A DNA stretch of 64,000 nt. It comes from Thermoplasmata archaeon (GTDB lineage: Archaea; Thermoplasmatota; Thermoplasmata; GCA-020350865). Positions within the stretch are counted from its first letter, which is position 1. Each line of letters begins with the position of its first letter. A program made the position numbers and the translations under genes. The notes beneath the pieces are model-generated. The model made no database searches. It was given only the letters and a program-made list of their open reading frames with translations, and was not told the DNA's origin. Below, piece after piece: positions 28,028 through 37,507 of the stretch. The DNA lies in contig CP070751.1 in assembly GCA_020348445.1 (NCBI GenBank), positions 407,772 through 471,771 on the forward strand, in the 5' to 3' direction.

Positions 28028-28566
28028 AGGGCATTTATTGTTTTCATCTCTTTTAATATCAAACGGATCTCAGGGGTTTTTATTTTTAAGTCCGCTTCTT
28101 TTATGAATTCATAAAGGTCCTTTTCAGGGGACATCTTCTGGTATTCCACAGCAGTTATCGCCATCTCAAGTTTGTCGATTTCTCTTAGTATCTTTGCTTC
28201 CTTGCTCTCCCCCTTCTCATATTCCATCCACAGGTTGAGGATTTGTTCTTTATTGGATATATCCAGAAGTAGTTCTCTCAGACCTTCTTCTTCTTTTTCC
28301 CGCTTTTCCTCCCTTGTTATTCCGTCATGCGGAGTGATATCACCTGCCATAACCTCTGCAAGGTCATGGACAACTGCCATGCGAATTAGCTTGGAGGAAT
28401 CCACATCCAAAGTGTCCCCCAGCACCATTGCCATAAAGACTGTTCTGAAGGAGTGATCTGCAACTGACTCAGGCTCTGGGATTTTGTGCCTAAGCCAGCC
28501 TGATCTGAGCAATCTCTTGAGCTTTCCCACCCTAAAAAACAATTGAGTTTGCGCTCTTTCGTTCAT
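28024..28566 (-). CDS. HD-domain 5'-deoxynucleotidase-like protein (YfbR/HDDC2 family)
   Basis: LKR..RSGW, ESVADHSFR, VHDLAE..GDI and DKLEM. Confidence 0.85.
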   Translation of the reverse strand: MNERAQTQLFFRVGKLKRLLRSGWLRHKIPEPESVADHSFRTVFMAMVLGDTLDVDSSKLIRMAVVHDLAEVMAGDITPHDGITREEKREKEEEGLRELLLDISNKEQILNLWMEYEKGESKEAKILREIDKLEMAITAVEYQKMSPEKDLYEFIKEADLKIKTPEIRLILKEMKTINAL

Positions 28567-28586
28567 ATCCTCACCTCATAAAGATG

Positions 28587-29231
28587 TTATTTTAATTTAG
28601 AAAGATGTTTTAAGAAATCATCTTTTAGCTCCTGGGGAAGGAAATTCAACTTCAAGTCCGAGATTCTTGAGAAGACAAGCATTTTACATAAAAACTCCAA
28701 GGTCTCTGTTTTAAGAAGGGCGTCATCCAGACTTTTTGCCCAGCAGATTGCCCCGTGGTTTGAGAGAATTATTATGTCGCTGTTCAATGCCTTTTCAGAG
28801 ACTGACTTGGCAAGTTCCATGCTCCCTGGATGATTGTACTCCACCCTGCCTATCTTCTCTATGTACGCCATTGACTCGGGAAAAAGCTTGGTATCCACTT
28901 CAAAATCTGTGCAGGATACAAGTGTTGTGAAAAACGGTTGTGAATGAAACACACAATTGGCTTCTTTTTGGATTTTGTATATCTCGGTATGCATTTTCAA
29001 CTCGATGGATGGTTTTCCTTTATCTTGTGGTTCTTCGTTCTCCAGATTCATTACCACAAAGTCATTTTCATTTAGTTTTTCAAGGTGTGCACCCGAGCCA
29101 GTGATCAAGTATGTTTGTTCATCCAGCCTGCAACTGATGTTGCCCGAGTGACCCCATATCAGATTCTTTGTTTCTGCCTCAGATCCGAATTCTACCATGC
29201 TCTTGATCAGCATCTTTTTATTTGGTACCAT
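28587..29231 (-). CDS. Class II aldolase/adducin family protein
   Basis: GNISCR...LITGSG, PSIE..MH..IY, FHSQP and LSNHG. Confidence 0.8.
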   Translation of the reverse strand: MVPNKKMLIKSMVEFGSEAETKNLIWGHSGNISCRLDEQTYLITGSGAHLEKLNENDFVVMNLENEEPQDKGKPSIELKMHTEIYKIQKEANCVFHSQPFFTTLVSCTDFEVDTKLFPESMAYIEKIGRVEYNHPGSMELAKSVSEKALNSDIIILSNHGAICWAKSLDDALLKTETLEFLCKMLVFSRISDLKLNFLPQELKDDFLKHLSKLK

Positions 29232-29312
29232 AAAAGGATAATCCCTATTACATATTATATTACTTTCTTAAGATGCACAAGATTATAAAAGAACCAAGAT
29301 TTTAAAACGACG

Positions 29313-30788
29313 TTACTCTACCTGATCTATAATGTCTGAATCACTACTGTGATAAATCGTGGTAACCTTTTGGTTGATATTTATCCTCAGGCGATCTTCA
29401 TTTATTATCCCTTGATATTTGGTTGGTAATGCGTCCATATAGTCCTGATATATTGAATAGAATTCACTTGCCTCGCCTGTGGTGTCCCAGGTGATTTTTA
29501 AAACAGACAGATAATCTGTGTCATTTTTATAATAGTAATATTTATCACCACCCCAACCTTCTGCCGCATCTGCTGCATCCGATTCTGAGATGTAATTAAC
29601 CAGCATAACATAGAGGGTGTATTCCCCCATTATTTCCTCGAATACAAGGTCCATACCCTGCACATTCTTGTCAAAACTCACACTCACAGGTTCTTCCCTC
29701 TGATGATATTTTTCAATGTGCATTATCTGCTCTGTGGAAACTGGTGGGTCATAGTACAGTTTGTTTACCTCATCCCATCCTCCGTCATCATATATTTCCT
29801 CTACAAATTCCTCACCATAGAGATAAGGAAAATACATAAGTCTTAAAACCATCTCTGGGATATAAACGCTAGAACCAACAATCTTTGATATTTCTTTATT
29901 ATACTCTCTTTTTTCGCTGGTAGATAGTGTATCTTTGTAAATATTCTCTGTCAAACTCGCATCTCCCTCGACAACTGCCTCCCTTGCAGCATCTTCTTCG
30001 CTGTCTGCTCCCTTCTCAAATGCCGTGAGATTGAAATGCTGATCCTGAAGTGCATGTGTGAACTCATGCGATAATATCACTCTGTCCATAATTGATGCAT
30101 GCCCTTCTACCAACCATACCTCTTTTTCCTCTGGTTTATAGAATCCAAGTATCTGGGACGAATATGCATCTAATATTATTTGAGTCAGGTTCTCTTCGTA
30201 ATCCAAAAGAAACAAGGCGTCCATAACAAGTCTCAATTCCTCCATCTCTTCATAGTCCTCGGGTTCAAGTGATTGGATGATGTCTTGTCTTAGTTCATCT
30301 TCGGTAAGGTACATTACCGGGACATCCTGAAGCACATCCAGTTCCCTGATCTTCGAGACATCATTGATCGTTACCATATCATTTTCGTCAGGGGGTTTAT
30401 ACAAAACTGTATATGCGTACACTGCCAACACCAACATAATAACCACAAAAGCAGTGGCAATTATCGGGAAAACCTTGCGCTTCTGCTTTGGAGGAGGCGG
30501 CTTTTCTGCTGGTTGTGGGAAATACTGGTGCTTTGCGACGGGTGGTTGTGGTTGGACTGCAGGTTGCTGAACTTGTGGAGGTAATGTATATACATTGCAT
30601 CGATAGCAGTACCATTGATTGTATTGGGGAATGTATGTAAGGGGACCATTGCAGTATTGACAGGCATTTAGTTGCATTTGTGGTGAATAATTCATAATAT
30701 CATCATTTTTGGTATAATAAATTATGTATCGTTCCAATATTATATAAATGTATATCAACTTACTTATGCACGCATCCCATACGTTCAT
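29313..30788 (-). CDS. Membrane-anchored putative zinc metallopeptidase with N-terminal Zn ribbon and Pro/Gln linker (start probably 30695)
   Basis: CQYC-x14-CYRC, then a PQ-rich linker and a single TM. HEFTHALQDQHF plus a downstream EGDA; FPY.YG.EF; STEQI.H.EKY. Confidence 0.7.
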   Translation of the reverse strand: MNVWDACISKLIYIYIILERYIIYYTKNDDIMNYSPQMQLNACQYCNGPLTYIPQYNQWYCYRCNVYTLPPQVQQPAVQPQPPVAKHQYFPQPAEKPPPPKQKRKVFPIIATAFVVIMLVLAVYAYTVLYKPPDENDMVTINDVSKIRELDVLQDVPVMYLTEDELRQDIIQSLEPEDYEEMEELRLVMDALFLLDYEENLTQIILDAYSSQILGFYKPEEKEVWLVEGHASIMDRVILSHEFTHALQDQHFNLTAFEKGADSEEDAAREAVVEGDASLTENIYKDTLSTSEKREYNKEISKIVGSSVYIPEMVLRLMYFPYLYGEEFVEEIYDDGGWDEVNKLYYDPPVSTEQIMHIEKYHQREEPVSVSFDKNVQGMDLVFEEIMGEYTLYVMLVNYISESDAADAAEGWGGDKYYYYKNDTDYLSVLKITWDTTGEASEFYSIYQDYMDALPTKYQGIINEDRLRININQKVTTIYHSSDSDIIDQVE

Positions 30789-30876
30789 TTATGAAGTAAT
30801 ACAAAACAAATGAATAAGGCTATCGTCGAACTATACTTCGACAGTTTTATATACGCCATCATGTATTCACATCCAC

Positions 30877-31554
30877 ATGAAAATGGAACTCAAAGAGAAG
30901 ATTGCAGGGGAAATCTCCCTGTCTGAAGAGCCTGGTGTGACAATAAGGAAATGGAGAGAGGCCTTTGCCCTGAGCCAGCAGGAGCTTGCAGAGTATCTCG
31001 GTATTTCGCCGTCTGTGATATCGGACTACGAATCAGGAAGAAGAAAATCACCTGGTGTGGCAACAGTAAAAAGGATTGTGGATGCCCTAATTGAGCTCGA
31101 TGAAAAGGCTGGGGGCAGGATACTCAAACGGTACCAGTCAGAAAAACAGAACAAGGCGATTTTGAGTATGAAGGAGTTTCCGGTGCCTGTTCCCACCAAG
31201 AAGTTCGTATCGTCTATAAAAGGCAAGAACCTTTCAAAGGTTTCATTTGAAAGCGACGTTCATGGGTACACGGTAATAGACAGCCTGAGGGCCATAACAT
31301 CCCTGGATTCGTCTGATTACCTTAAAATCTACGGGTGGAGCAGTCAAAGGGCCCTGATATTCACTGGTGTCAAGTACGGAAGATCACCCATGGTAGCAAT
31401 CAGGGCGCACCCATTAAAACCGGCCATGGTAGTGTTTCATGAACCCGAGCGTGTGGACGACCTTGCTGTGAAGCTGGCGAACCTTGAGAGAATACCTCTT
31501 GTGGTTACTGATTTATCCATGCAGAAGCTGATTGAAAGGCTTGAGGCTCTATAA
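30877..31554 (+). CDS. XRE-family HTH transcriptional regulator (archaeal, with DRTGG-like C-terminus)
   Basis: IRKWREAFALSQQELAEYLGISPSVISDYESGRRKSPG; GWSSQRALIFTGV.YGRSPMVAIR. Confidence 0.85.
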   Translation: MKMELKEKIAGEISLSEEPGVTIRKWREAFALSQQELAEYLGISPSVISDYESGRRKSPGVATVKRIVDALIELDEKAGGRILKRYQSEKQNKAILSMKEFPVPVPTKKFVSSIKGKNLSKVSFESDVHGYTVIDSLRAITSLDSSDYLKIYGWSSQRALIFTGVKYGRSPMVAIRAHPLKPAMVVFHEPERVDDLAVKLANLERIPLVVTDLSMQKLIERLEAL

Positions 31555-31572
31555 TTTTTCGAGGGTGAGTAA

Positions 31573-32625
31573 ATGGAAGTTGGTATAGTGAGTTATGGTG
31601 CGTACGTACCACGATACAGGATCAAACCCCATGAGATCGCAGCTGTATGGGGAGTTGACGGGGATGCCATGAGCAAGGGACTTGGAATTCAAAGCAAATC
31701 TGTTCCAGGTCCTGATGAGGATGTCATTACAATCGCTGTGGAGGCAGCACGAATCGCACTTTCAAGATGTAAAATAGATACAAAAGATATAGGATCCATT
31801 TATGTGGGTTCAGAGTCCCATCCCTACGCAGTCAAACCTTCTGCTACAATTGTTGCAGAGGCAATAGGTGCAACTCCTGATTTGACAGCAGCTGATTACG
31901 AGTTCGCGTGCAAGGCAGGAACAGCGGCAATTCAGACTTGCGCTGGGCTTGTTGGTTCCGGTTCAATTAAATATGGTGTGGCAATAGGTTCTGACACCTC
32001 TCAGGGAGCCCCTGGAGACGCACTTGAGTACACTGCCTCAGCAGGCGGTGCCGCATTCATCATAGGATCTGAAAATGTGATAGCAAAAATCAATAGAACA
32101 TGTTCTTACACAACAGATACACCAGATTTCTGGAGACGGGAGGGCGAGAAGTACCCAAGTCACGGTGGTAGGTTCACAGGCGAACCCGCGTATTTCAAAC
32201 ATATAATCTCCTGTGCCGGCAATCTTATGAAGAAGCAGGACACAAAACCCTCTGACTACAACTATGCAGTGTTTCACCAGCCCAATGGCAAGTTCCCTGT
32301 TTCAGTGGCAAAGAAATTGGGCTTTACAAAGGAGCAGATTAAAGAGGGCCTTTTGACTCCTGTCATTGGTAACACATATTCTGGTGCAGTGATGATAGGG
32401 CTTGCCGCAGTTTTGGATGTTGCCAAACCCGAGGATAGAATCCTCATGGTTGCATACGGCTCAGGTGCAGGCTCAGACAGCTTTGACATAACTGTGACAG
32501 ATGAAATAGAAAAACTAAATCGCAACGGCACGCAATCTGTTTCGGCTCTAATCAAAAACCACAAGTTCGTGTCCTATGCAACCTACGCAAAGTACATGGG
32601 CAAGATACATCTGAGGGGTGCATAA
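31573..32625 (+). CDS. mvaS: Hydroxymethylglutaryl-CoA synthase (archaeal)
   Basis: [18 protein letters not shown] (catalytic Cys), [16 protein letters not shown] and YGSGAGSD. Confidence 0.93.
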   Translation: MEVGIVSYGAYVPRYRIKPHEIAAVWGVDGDAMSKGLGIQSKSVPGPDEDVITIAVEAARIALSRCKIDTKDIGSIYVGSESHPYAVKPSATIVAEAIGATPDLTAADYEFACKAGTAAIQTCAGLVGSGSIKYGVAIGSDTSQGAPGDALEYTASAGGAAFIIGSENVIAKINRTCSYTTDTPDFWRREGEKYPSHGGRFTGEPAYFKHIISCAGNLMKKQDTKPSDYNYAVFHQPNGKFPVSVAKKLGFTKEQIKEGLLTPVIGNTYSGAVMIGLAAVLDVAKPEDRILMVAYGSGAGSDSFDITVTDEIEKLNRNGTQSVSALIKNHKFVSYATYAKYMGKIHLRGA

Positions 32626-32626
32626 T

Positions 32627-33796
32627 ATGAGGGAAGTGGCTGTGATAGGAATAGGCGAGACCAAGTTCGGGGAGCTTTGGGACAAGTCCTTTAGGGAGAT
32701 AGGAATAGAGGCTGGTCTTTTGGCTATTTCTGACTCCAAGATCAAGGGCGAGGAAATTGATGCTCTATATATCGGAAACATGTCAGCTGGGAGATTCATA
32801 GACCAGGAGCATATAGCTCCCTTGGTTGCAGATTATGTGGGACTTGCTGGACAGAACCTTCCTGCAACGAGAATAGAGGGTGCAGGAGCCTCAGGCGGTT
32901 TAGCCTTGTCTTCGGCCTATATGGCCGTGGCATCCGAGGTTCACGATATCGTGGTTGTGGGGGGTGCTGAGAAGATGACAGATGTGAGCGAGGTGTACGC
33001 CCAGGAAATCCTTGCCTCCACAGCAGATCAGGAATGGGAATCTGTTTTCGGCGCCACATTTGCAGGTCTTCATGCCATGATCGCAAAAAGACACATGCAT
33101 GAGTTTGGAACAACAAGGGAGCAACTTGGTATGGTTGCAGTCAAGAACCATAAAAACGGAGCTCTTAATCCCAATGCACAGTACAGAAGGGAGATGGCCT
33201 TGGAGGTGGTTCTGCGTGCTCCTATGGTTGCAGAGCCTCTTGGACTTTTTGACTGCGCACCTTTATCTGACGGTGCAGCAGCTTTGGTTTTATGTCCCTT
33301 GGATAAGGCAAAGGAGTACACTGACAATCCAGTAAGAATCGCGAGCTGCGGTCAGGCCGGGGATTTCATGGCCCTTCATGATAGACGAGATATCTGCACC
33401 ATGGATGCAACTGTAGTTGCAGGGAAGAAGGCCTTCAAGTATGCTGGCATAGGCCCATCAGATATCAATTTGGCTGAGGTGCATGACAACTACACTATTT
33501 CCGAGATACTGGCAATAGAGGATATTGGATTCTTTAAAAAGGGTGAGGGTGGGAAGGCCACCGAAGAAGGTAAAACTGCATTGAACTCCGAGATTTCAAT
33601 TAATTCATCAGGAGGCCTTAAAGCTAGAGGGCAGCCTGTGGGTGCGACAGGAGTTGCCCAGGCAGTTGAGGTGGTGAGGCAGCTTAGAGGTGAGGCAGGT
33701 GACAGGCAGGTTAAGGATGCAAGGTATGGATTGACTCATAATGTTGGAGGGACTGGCGCTTCAGTGATTGTGCACATCTTCGAGGGAGGTGTTTGA
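32627..33796 (+). CDS. Acetoacetyl-CoA thiolase (archaeal thiolase-domain protein)
   Basis: ATG at 32627. [46 protein letters not shown]...G.PVGATG and HNVGG. Confidence 0.9.
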   Translation: MREVAVIGIGETKFGELWDKSFREIGIEAGLLAISDSKIKGEEIDALYIGNMSAGRFIDQEHIAPLVADYVGLAGQNLPATRIEGAGASGGLALSSAYMAVASEVHDIVVVGGAEKMTDVSEVYAQEILASTADQEWESVFGATFAGLHAMIAKRHMHEFGTTREQLGMVAVKNHKNGALNPNAQYRREMALEVVLRAPMVAEPLGLFDCAPLSDGAAALVLCPLDKAKEYTDNPVRIASCGQAGDFMALHDRRDICTMDATVVAGKKAFKYAGIGPSDINLAEVHDNYTISEILAIEDIGFFKKGEGGKATEEGKTALNSEISINSSGGLKARGQPVGATGVAQAVEVVRQLRGEAGDRQVKDARYGLTHNVGGTGASVIVHIFEGGV

Positions 33797-33797
33797 A

Positions 33798-34196
33798 ATG
33801 GCCATACCACGTTTTTGGCGTGAGATCCCCAGTAGGTACAATCTCATAGGAACAGAATGTGGGAATTGCGGCAAGAGGTACTTTCCCCCAAGGATCATAT
33901 GCCCTCAGTGCCACAGAAAGAGCTTTGGTAAGATGAAGAACGTGAGATTTACTGGATCAGGGGAGATTGTTACATACTCTGTTATCCACAACGCACCAAA
34001 GGCCTTTGAGATGCAGGTTCCTTATATCATAGCAATTATAGAATTTGAAGAGGGTGTGCGGGCAACTGGTCAGATCATTGACTGCGAGGTTGAGGATGTC
34101 AAAATCGGAATGAAGGTAAGTCCAGCCTTCAGAAAGATAGGGGAGGATGGAAAATCGGGTGTGATATACTACGGCTATAAATTTAAGCCCGCCTAG
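33798..34196 (+). CDS. DUF35 Zn-ribbon/OB-fold scaffold protein
   Basis: MAIPRFWR...C..CG..YFPPR.ICP.C...G.I.TYS.I...PY..AII...YGYKF.P. This is the classic partner of thiolase and HMG-CoA synthase. Confidence 0.9.
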   Translation: MAIPRFWREIPSRYNLIGTECGNCGKRYFPPRIICPQCHRKSFGKMKNVRFTGSGEIVTYSVIHNAPKAFEMQVPYIIAIIEFEEGVRATGQIIDCEVEDVKIGMKVSPAFRKIGEDGKSGVIYYGYKFKPA

Positions 34197-34237
34197 GTCT
34201 TTTTGGTTACGTCAGCCCATCCTAAAAATAGCTTTGT

Positions 34238-35092
34238 ATGGAAGGTGATTGCATGGTAGACAAAAAAATTCCGATTTATATTGTGGATGCTTTTACAGAC
34301 GAAAAATTTAAGGGGAACCCTGCTGCAGTCTGTCTTCTCAATCAACGTCTAGATGAGGGTGTGATGCAGAAAATAGCTGCTGAGATGAACCTATCTGAGA
34401 CCGCATTTTTGACTTCTATCGAAGGTAAGCCAATTTCCGAATCAAAGAATTTTTCCCTTAGATGGTTCACTCCCAAGGTTGAGGTTCCTCTTTGTGGACA
34501 TGCGACCCTGGCCACTTCTGCTATACTTTTTAACGAGGTAGGATTGTCATCTGAAGAGGTATCCTATGAGACTAAAAGCGGGACTTTGACTGCAAAGAAA
34601 GTAGAGGAAGGAATACTTCTTAACTTCCCTTCCAATGAACCAGAGCCCATCGATCCTCCAATGGAATTACTAAAGGCCATGGGAATTTCTGAGTTTGAAG
34701 ATGTCGCTTTGGCAAAGAATGCCAAGAAACTTCTTGTTCATCTAAAAAACGAGGAAACTGTGAGGAATCTGCAACCAAATTTTGAAAAGATGATGCGAGC
34801 AACCACGAAGGAAAATATTATTGGTGTTATTGCCACCTCAGAAGGTTCTCCCCCCTATGATTTTGTCTCGAGGTTCTTTGCTCCGTGGGTTGGGATAAAT
34901 GAAGATCCTGTGACTGGGGCGGCTCATACTGTATTAACTCCGTATTGGTCCAAGATGCTGAATAAACAGAAGATGACTGCGTACCAGGCTTCGGAGAGAG
35001 GGGGCAAGTTGATTGTAAGTCTTGATCCTGACAATAGAGTTGATTTGATTGGTGACGTTGTCATTGTTTCAAAAGGGGAACTGTATTTATGA
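34238..35092 (+). CDS. PhzF-family isomerase/epimerase
   Basis: VDAFT...GNPAAV, NLSETAF, LRWFTP..EV.LCGHATLA and EDPVTGAAH. Confidence 0.9.
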   Translation: MEGDCMVDKKIPIYIVDAFTDEKFKGNPAAVCLLNQRLDEGVMQKIAAEMNLSETAFLTSIEGKPISESKNFSLRWFTPKVEVPLCGHATLATSAILFNEVGLSSEEVSYETKSGTLTAKKVEEGILLNFPSNEPEPIDPPMELLKAMGISEFEDVALAKNAKKLLVHLKNEETVRNLQPNFEKMMRATTKENIIGVIATSEGSPPYDFVSRFFAPWVGINEDPVTGAAHTVLTPYWSKMLNKQKMTAYQASERGGKLIVSLDPDNRVDLIGDVVIVSKGELYL

Positions 35093-35976
35093 GAAATACG
35101 GGGGAAATGAATAGAAACCAAATACAGAAGAAGTTGATTATAAAAAAACCTGAGAATTCTGAACTCATAGATACTGCAAAATTCTATTTAAGGGCTTTTG
35201 GAGCAACTGATATGTCAAAGGCAGAGAAATTAATCGATTTTTGGAAATTATTTATTGAAAATAAGATTTGTCATTTTATTATAGCCAAGCACAAAGAAAA
35301 AGCAGTTGGCTGCGGTGCCTTGGTAACATACCCTGATATGGCTTGGGTTGCATGGATGGCCACTGATATTGATTTTCAGAAAAAAGGTATTGGAAATGTG
35401 ATAATGAAGAATTTGATGGATTATGCCCATGAAATGGGGATAAAAACCTTGAAACTGGATGCAACAGAAATCGGAGAAAAACTGTATTCAAAATTCGAAT
35501 TTAGAAATGAGTACCAGGTTATATGGTATGAAATTAATTATCCACGCAAATCAAATGATCAAAGAGGAATGGAAATTACAGTGATGGATGAAATTCCAGA
35601 ATGGTGTTTAAAATTAGACAAGGAAGCCTTTGGAGATGACAGGAGCCAGCTTTTACAACTATTATTAAAGAATGGCGGAAAAGTATTATCTATTGAAAAT
35701 GAAGGATATGGAATTCTGTGGAAAAACAGAATCGGCCCGGTGATAGCTGAAAATATGGAATGTGCAATTGCTATCGTAAGGCATGCGTCCGAAATGGGAG
35801 CTGAGAAAATATATATCCCTTTGCACAAAGAACTACCTAATAAATTTATTATAGATTTTAATAAAAAAAGGATGGGAAATACCCAAATTCCCTGTTGCAC
35901 AAGGATGACATACGGGGAGATAATAAAAGAAAACACAAAGAACGTATATGCTTCATTCATTGCTGCTACAGGATAA
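35089..35976 (+). CDS. GNAT N-acetyltransferase (tandem GNAT, YitH-like)
   Basis: FQKKGIG..IM, LDAT..G..LY.KF.F; second half LDKEAFG.DRS.LL..L, IGPV.A. Confidence 0.75.
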   Translation: MRNTGEMNRNQIQKKLIIKKPENSELIDTAKFYLRAFGATDMSKAEKLIDFWKLFIENKICHFIIAKHKEKAVGCGALVTYPDMAWVAWMATDIDFQKKGIGNVIMKNLMDYAHEMGIKTLKLDATEIGEKLYSKFEFRNEYQVIWYEINYPRKSNDQRGMEITVMDEIPEWCLKLDKEAFGDDRSQLLQLLLKNGGKVLSIENEGYGILWKNRIGPVIAENMECAIAIVRHASEMGAEKIYIPLHKELPNKFIIDFNKKRMGNTQIPCCTRMTYGEIIKENTKNVYASFIAATG

Positions 35977-36015
35977 TATAAAATTAGAAAAATCAAATAT
36001 GTTCTTACACAGTTA

Positions 36016-37344
36016 TTATTCCTTCAAGCTGCACTCTTTGATTATCCTCTTTATTTTTTCAATCACATCCTGCGGATCCTTCCCCAGTATCCTTATCATG
36101 GCTTCCTTCCCAATGCCACCTTCATCATAGATGATATCCGGCACTTTACCTTGTTGTTTTATCGCGATCTCGGTTCCCCATTCCATAGTCGTTGTTGTTC
36201 CTGGTTCCTCTTTCCTATCAAAGGTCCCGATTTCAAAATCCAAAGAAGAACACCCTTCGATAATCTCCTGATCATATCTTATATTCATAGCACTCCTTTT
36301 ATCAGGCTCGAACTTCATTGCAGTCAATATGATTCTTGCGATGTGTTTTGAGGCCCCAAATTTCAATCCCCCCAAATGATCAATACCCTCTCCAACTCTA
36401 ACCAGCCTTCCCTCCAAGGCACAAACCTCATCCAAAGAAGAAGCCTGGGGCAGTGCATAACCAATGTTTATTCCAACCTCTGGCACGTAGAAAACTGGAA
36501 GCATATCCTGAACTTCGTAAACTGCCTTCTGCAATGCCTCCATCACCCCAAGTTCCTCAGGTGAAAACGAAGGTTGGGGAACAATACCTGCCACCTCAAC
36601 TCCCTTTCCTATGGCATATCCATGCTCTATGATATCAACAATGTGGAACTTGGCTTCAGAAACAGCTTCCTCGATTTTTTTTCCCTTGGCAATTAATGCG
36701 GTAATTAATGCAGAGAAAGTGCATCCAGTACCATGAAGTTCTCTTGGATAGCTCTTTGACATATATATTCTCGTTTCATTTCCATCATAGAGAACATCGG
36801 CTGCTAAAAGACCAGCCAAATGCCCGCCTTTTAAAAGTACATATTTACAACCACTGGCATGGATTTTTTTTGCCGCATCTTTCATATCATCAAATGATTT
36901 GATTTGTTCACCTAAAAGGGCCTCGGCCTCGGGAATATTGGGTGTGACCAATGTGGCCTTTGGCATGAGTTCATTTTTTAGGGCCTCGACAAAACCTGAA
37001 TCATGTAGGCTCCCTCCCACAGTTGCCTTCATCACTGGATCCACTATAAGGGGAAAATCAAAGGCCTCTAATTTCTCTGCCACAAGTTCCACCACATTTG
37101 GTGAGTACAGCATGCCGGTCTTGCAGGCCGAGATTTTTATATCCTCCAAGACAGCATCCAGCTGTCCCTCTACTGCAGTCTGGGGAACTGCATTTATCTG
37201 GTACAATTTCTGGGTATTTTGGGCAGTGACACAAGTAATAACACTGCACCCGTGCACACCCATATAGGAGAATGCTCTAAGGTCGGCTTGAATTCCTGCC
37301 CCTCCAGAAGGATCAGATGCTGCGATTGTCAAGGCAGATTTCAT
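36016..37344 (-). CDS. thiDN: Bifunctional HMP/HMP-P kinase - thiamine-phosphate synthase ThiN fusion
   Basis: SDPSGGAGIQAD, KTGML, VDPVM, TPN.PEA, KGGH and HGTGCTFS; ThiN PEVG.N, FGASKH.AR, TMEWG and D.GG.GKE.MIR. Confidence 0.92.
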   Translation of the reverse strand: MKSALTIAASDPSGGAGIQADLRAFSYMGVHGCSVITCVTAQNTQKLYQINAVPQTAVEGQLDAVLEDIKISACKTGMLYSPNVVELVAEKLEAFDFPLIVDPVMKATVGGSLHDSGFVEALKNELMPKATLVTPNIPEAEALLGEQIKSFDDMKDAAKKIHASGCKYVLLKGGHLAGLLAADVLYDGNETRIYMSKSYPRELHGTGCTFSALITALIAKGKKIEEAVSEAKFHIVDIIEHGYAIGKGVEVAGIVPQPSFSPEELGVMEALQKAVYEVQDMLPVFYVPEVGINIGYALPQASSLDEVCALEGRLVRVGEGIDHLGGLKFGASKHIARIILTAMKFEPDKRSAMNIRYDQEIIEGCSSLDFEIGTFDRKEEPGTTTTMEWGTEIAIKQQGKVPDIIYDEGGIGKEAMIRILGKDPQDVIEKIKRIIKECSLKE

Positions 37345-37507
37345 GGGTAGGAAATGGAGATTGTAGATAAAAAGGTTTTATGTAAAAGTGGTAAATCTTT
37401 AAGATATTCTGTATTTTAAAATTCTCTAGTATTACCCGCTTCCGAGAAGTTCCTGAGCCGCGAATATGTCTAACTTCACCTTGAGATCAGGGATTTCGAT
37501 TCCATCT

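Noticed and set aside
34238-35092. PhzF linked to aro genes and UbiA as a phenazine or methanophenazine pathway
   Set aside because: PhzF is on the opposite strand more than 5 kb away in another gene run, and there are no phzA/B/D/E/G homologs. Stand-alone PhzF-family proteins are common.
37345-37507. Possible TPP riboswitch upstream of thiDN
   Set aside because: There is no UGAGA/CUGAU core. The stretch instead contains a startless 26-codon frame (VEDGIEIPDLKVKLDIFAAQELLGSG) too short to call.
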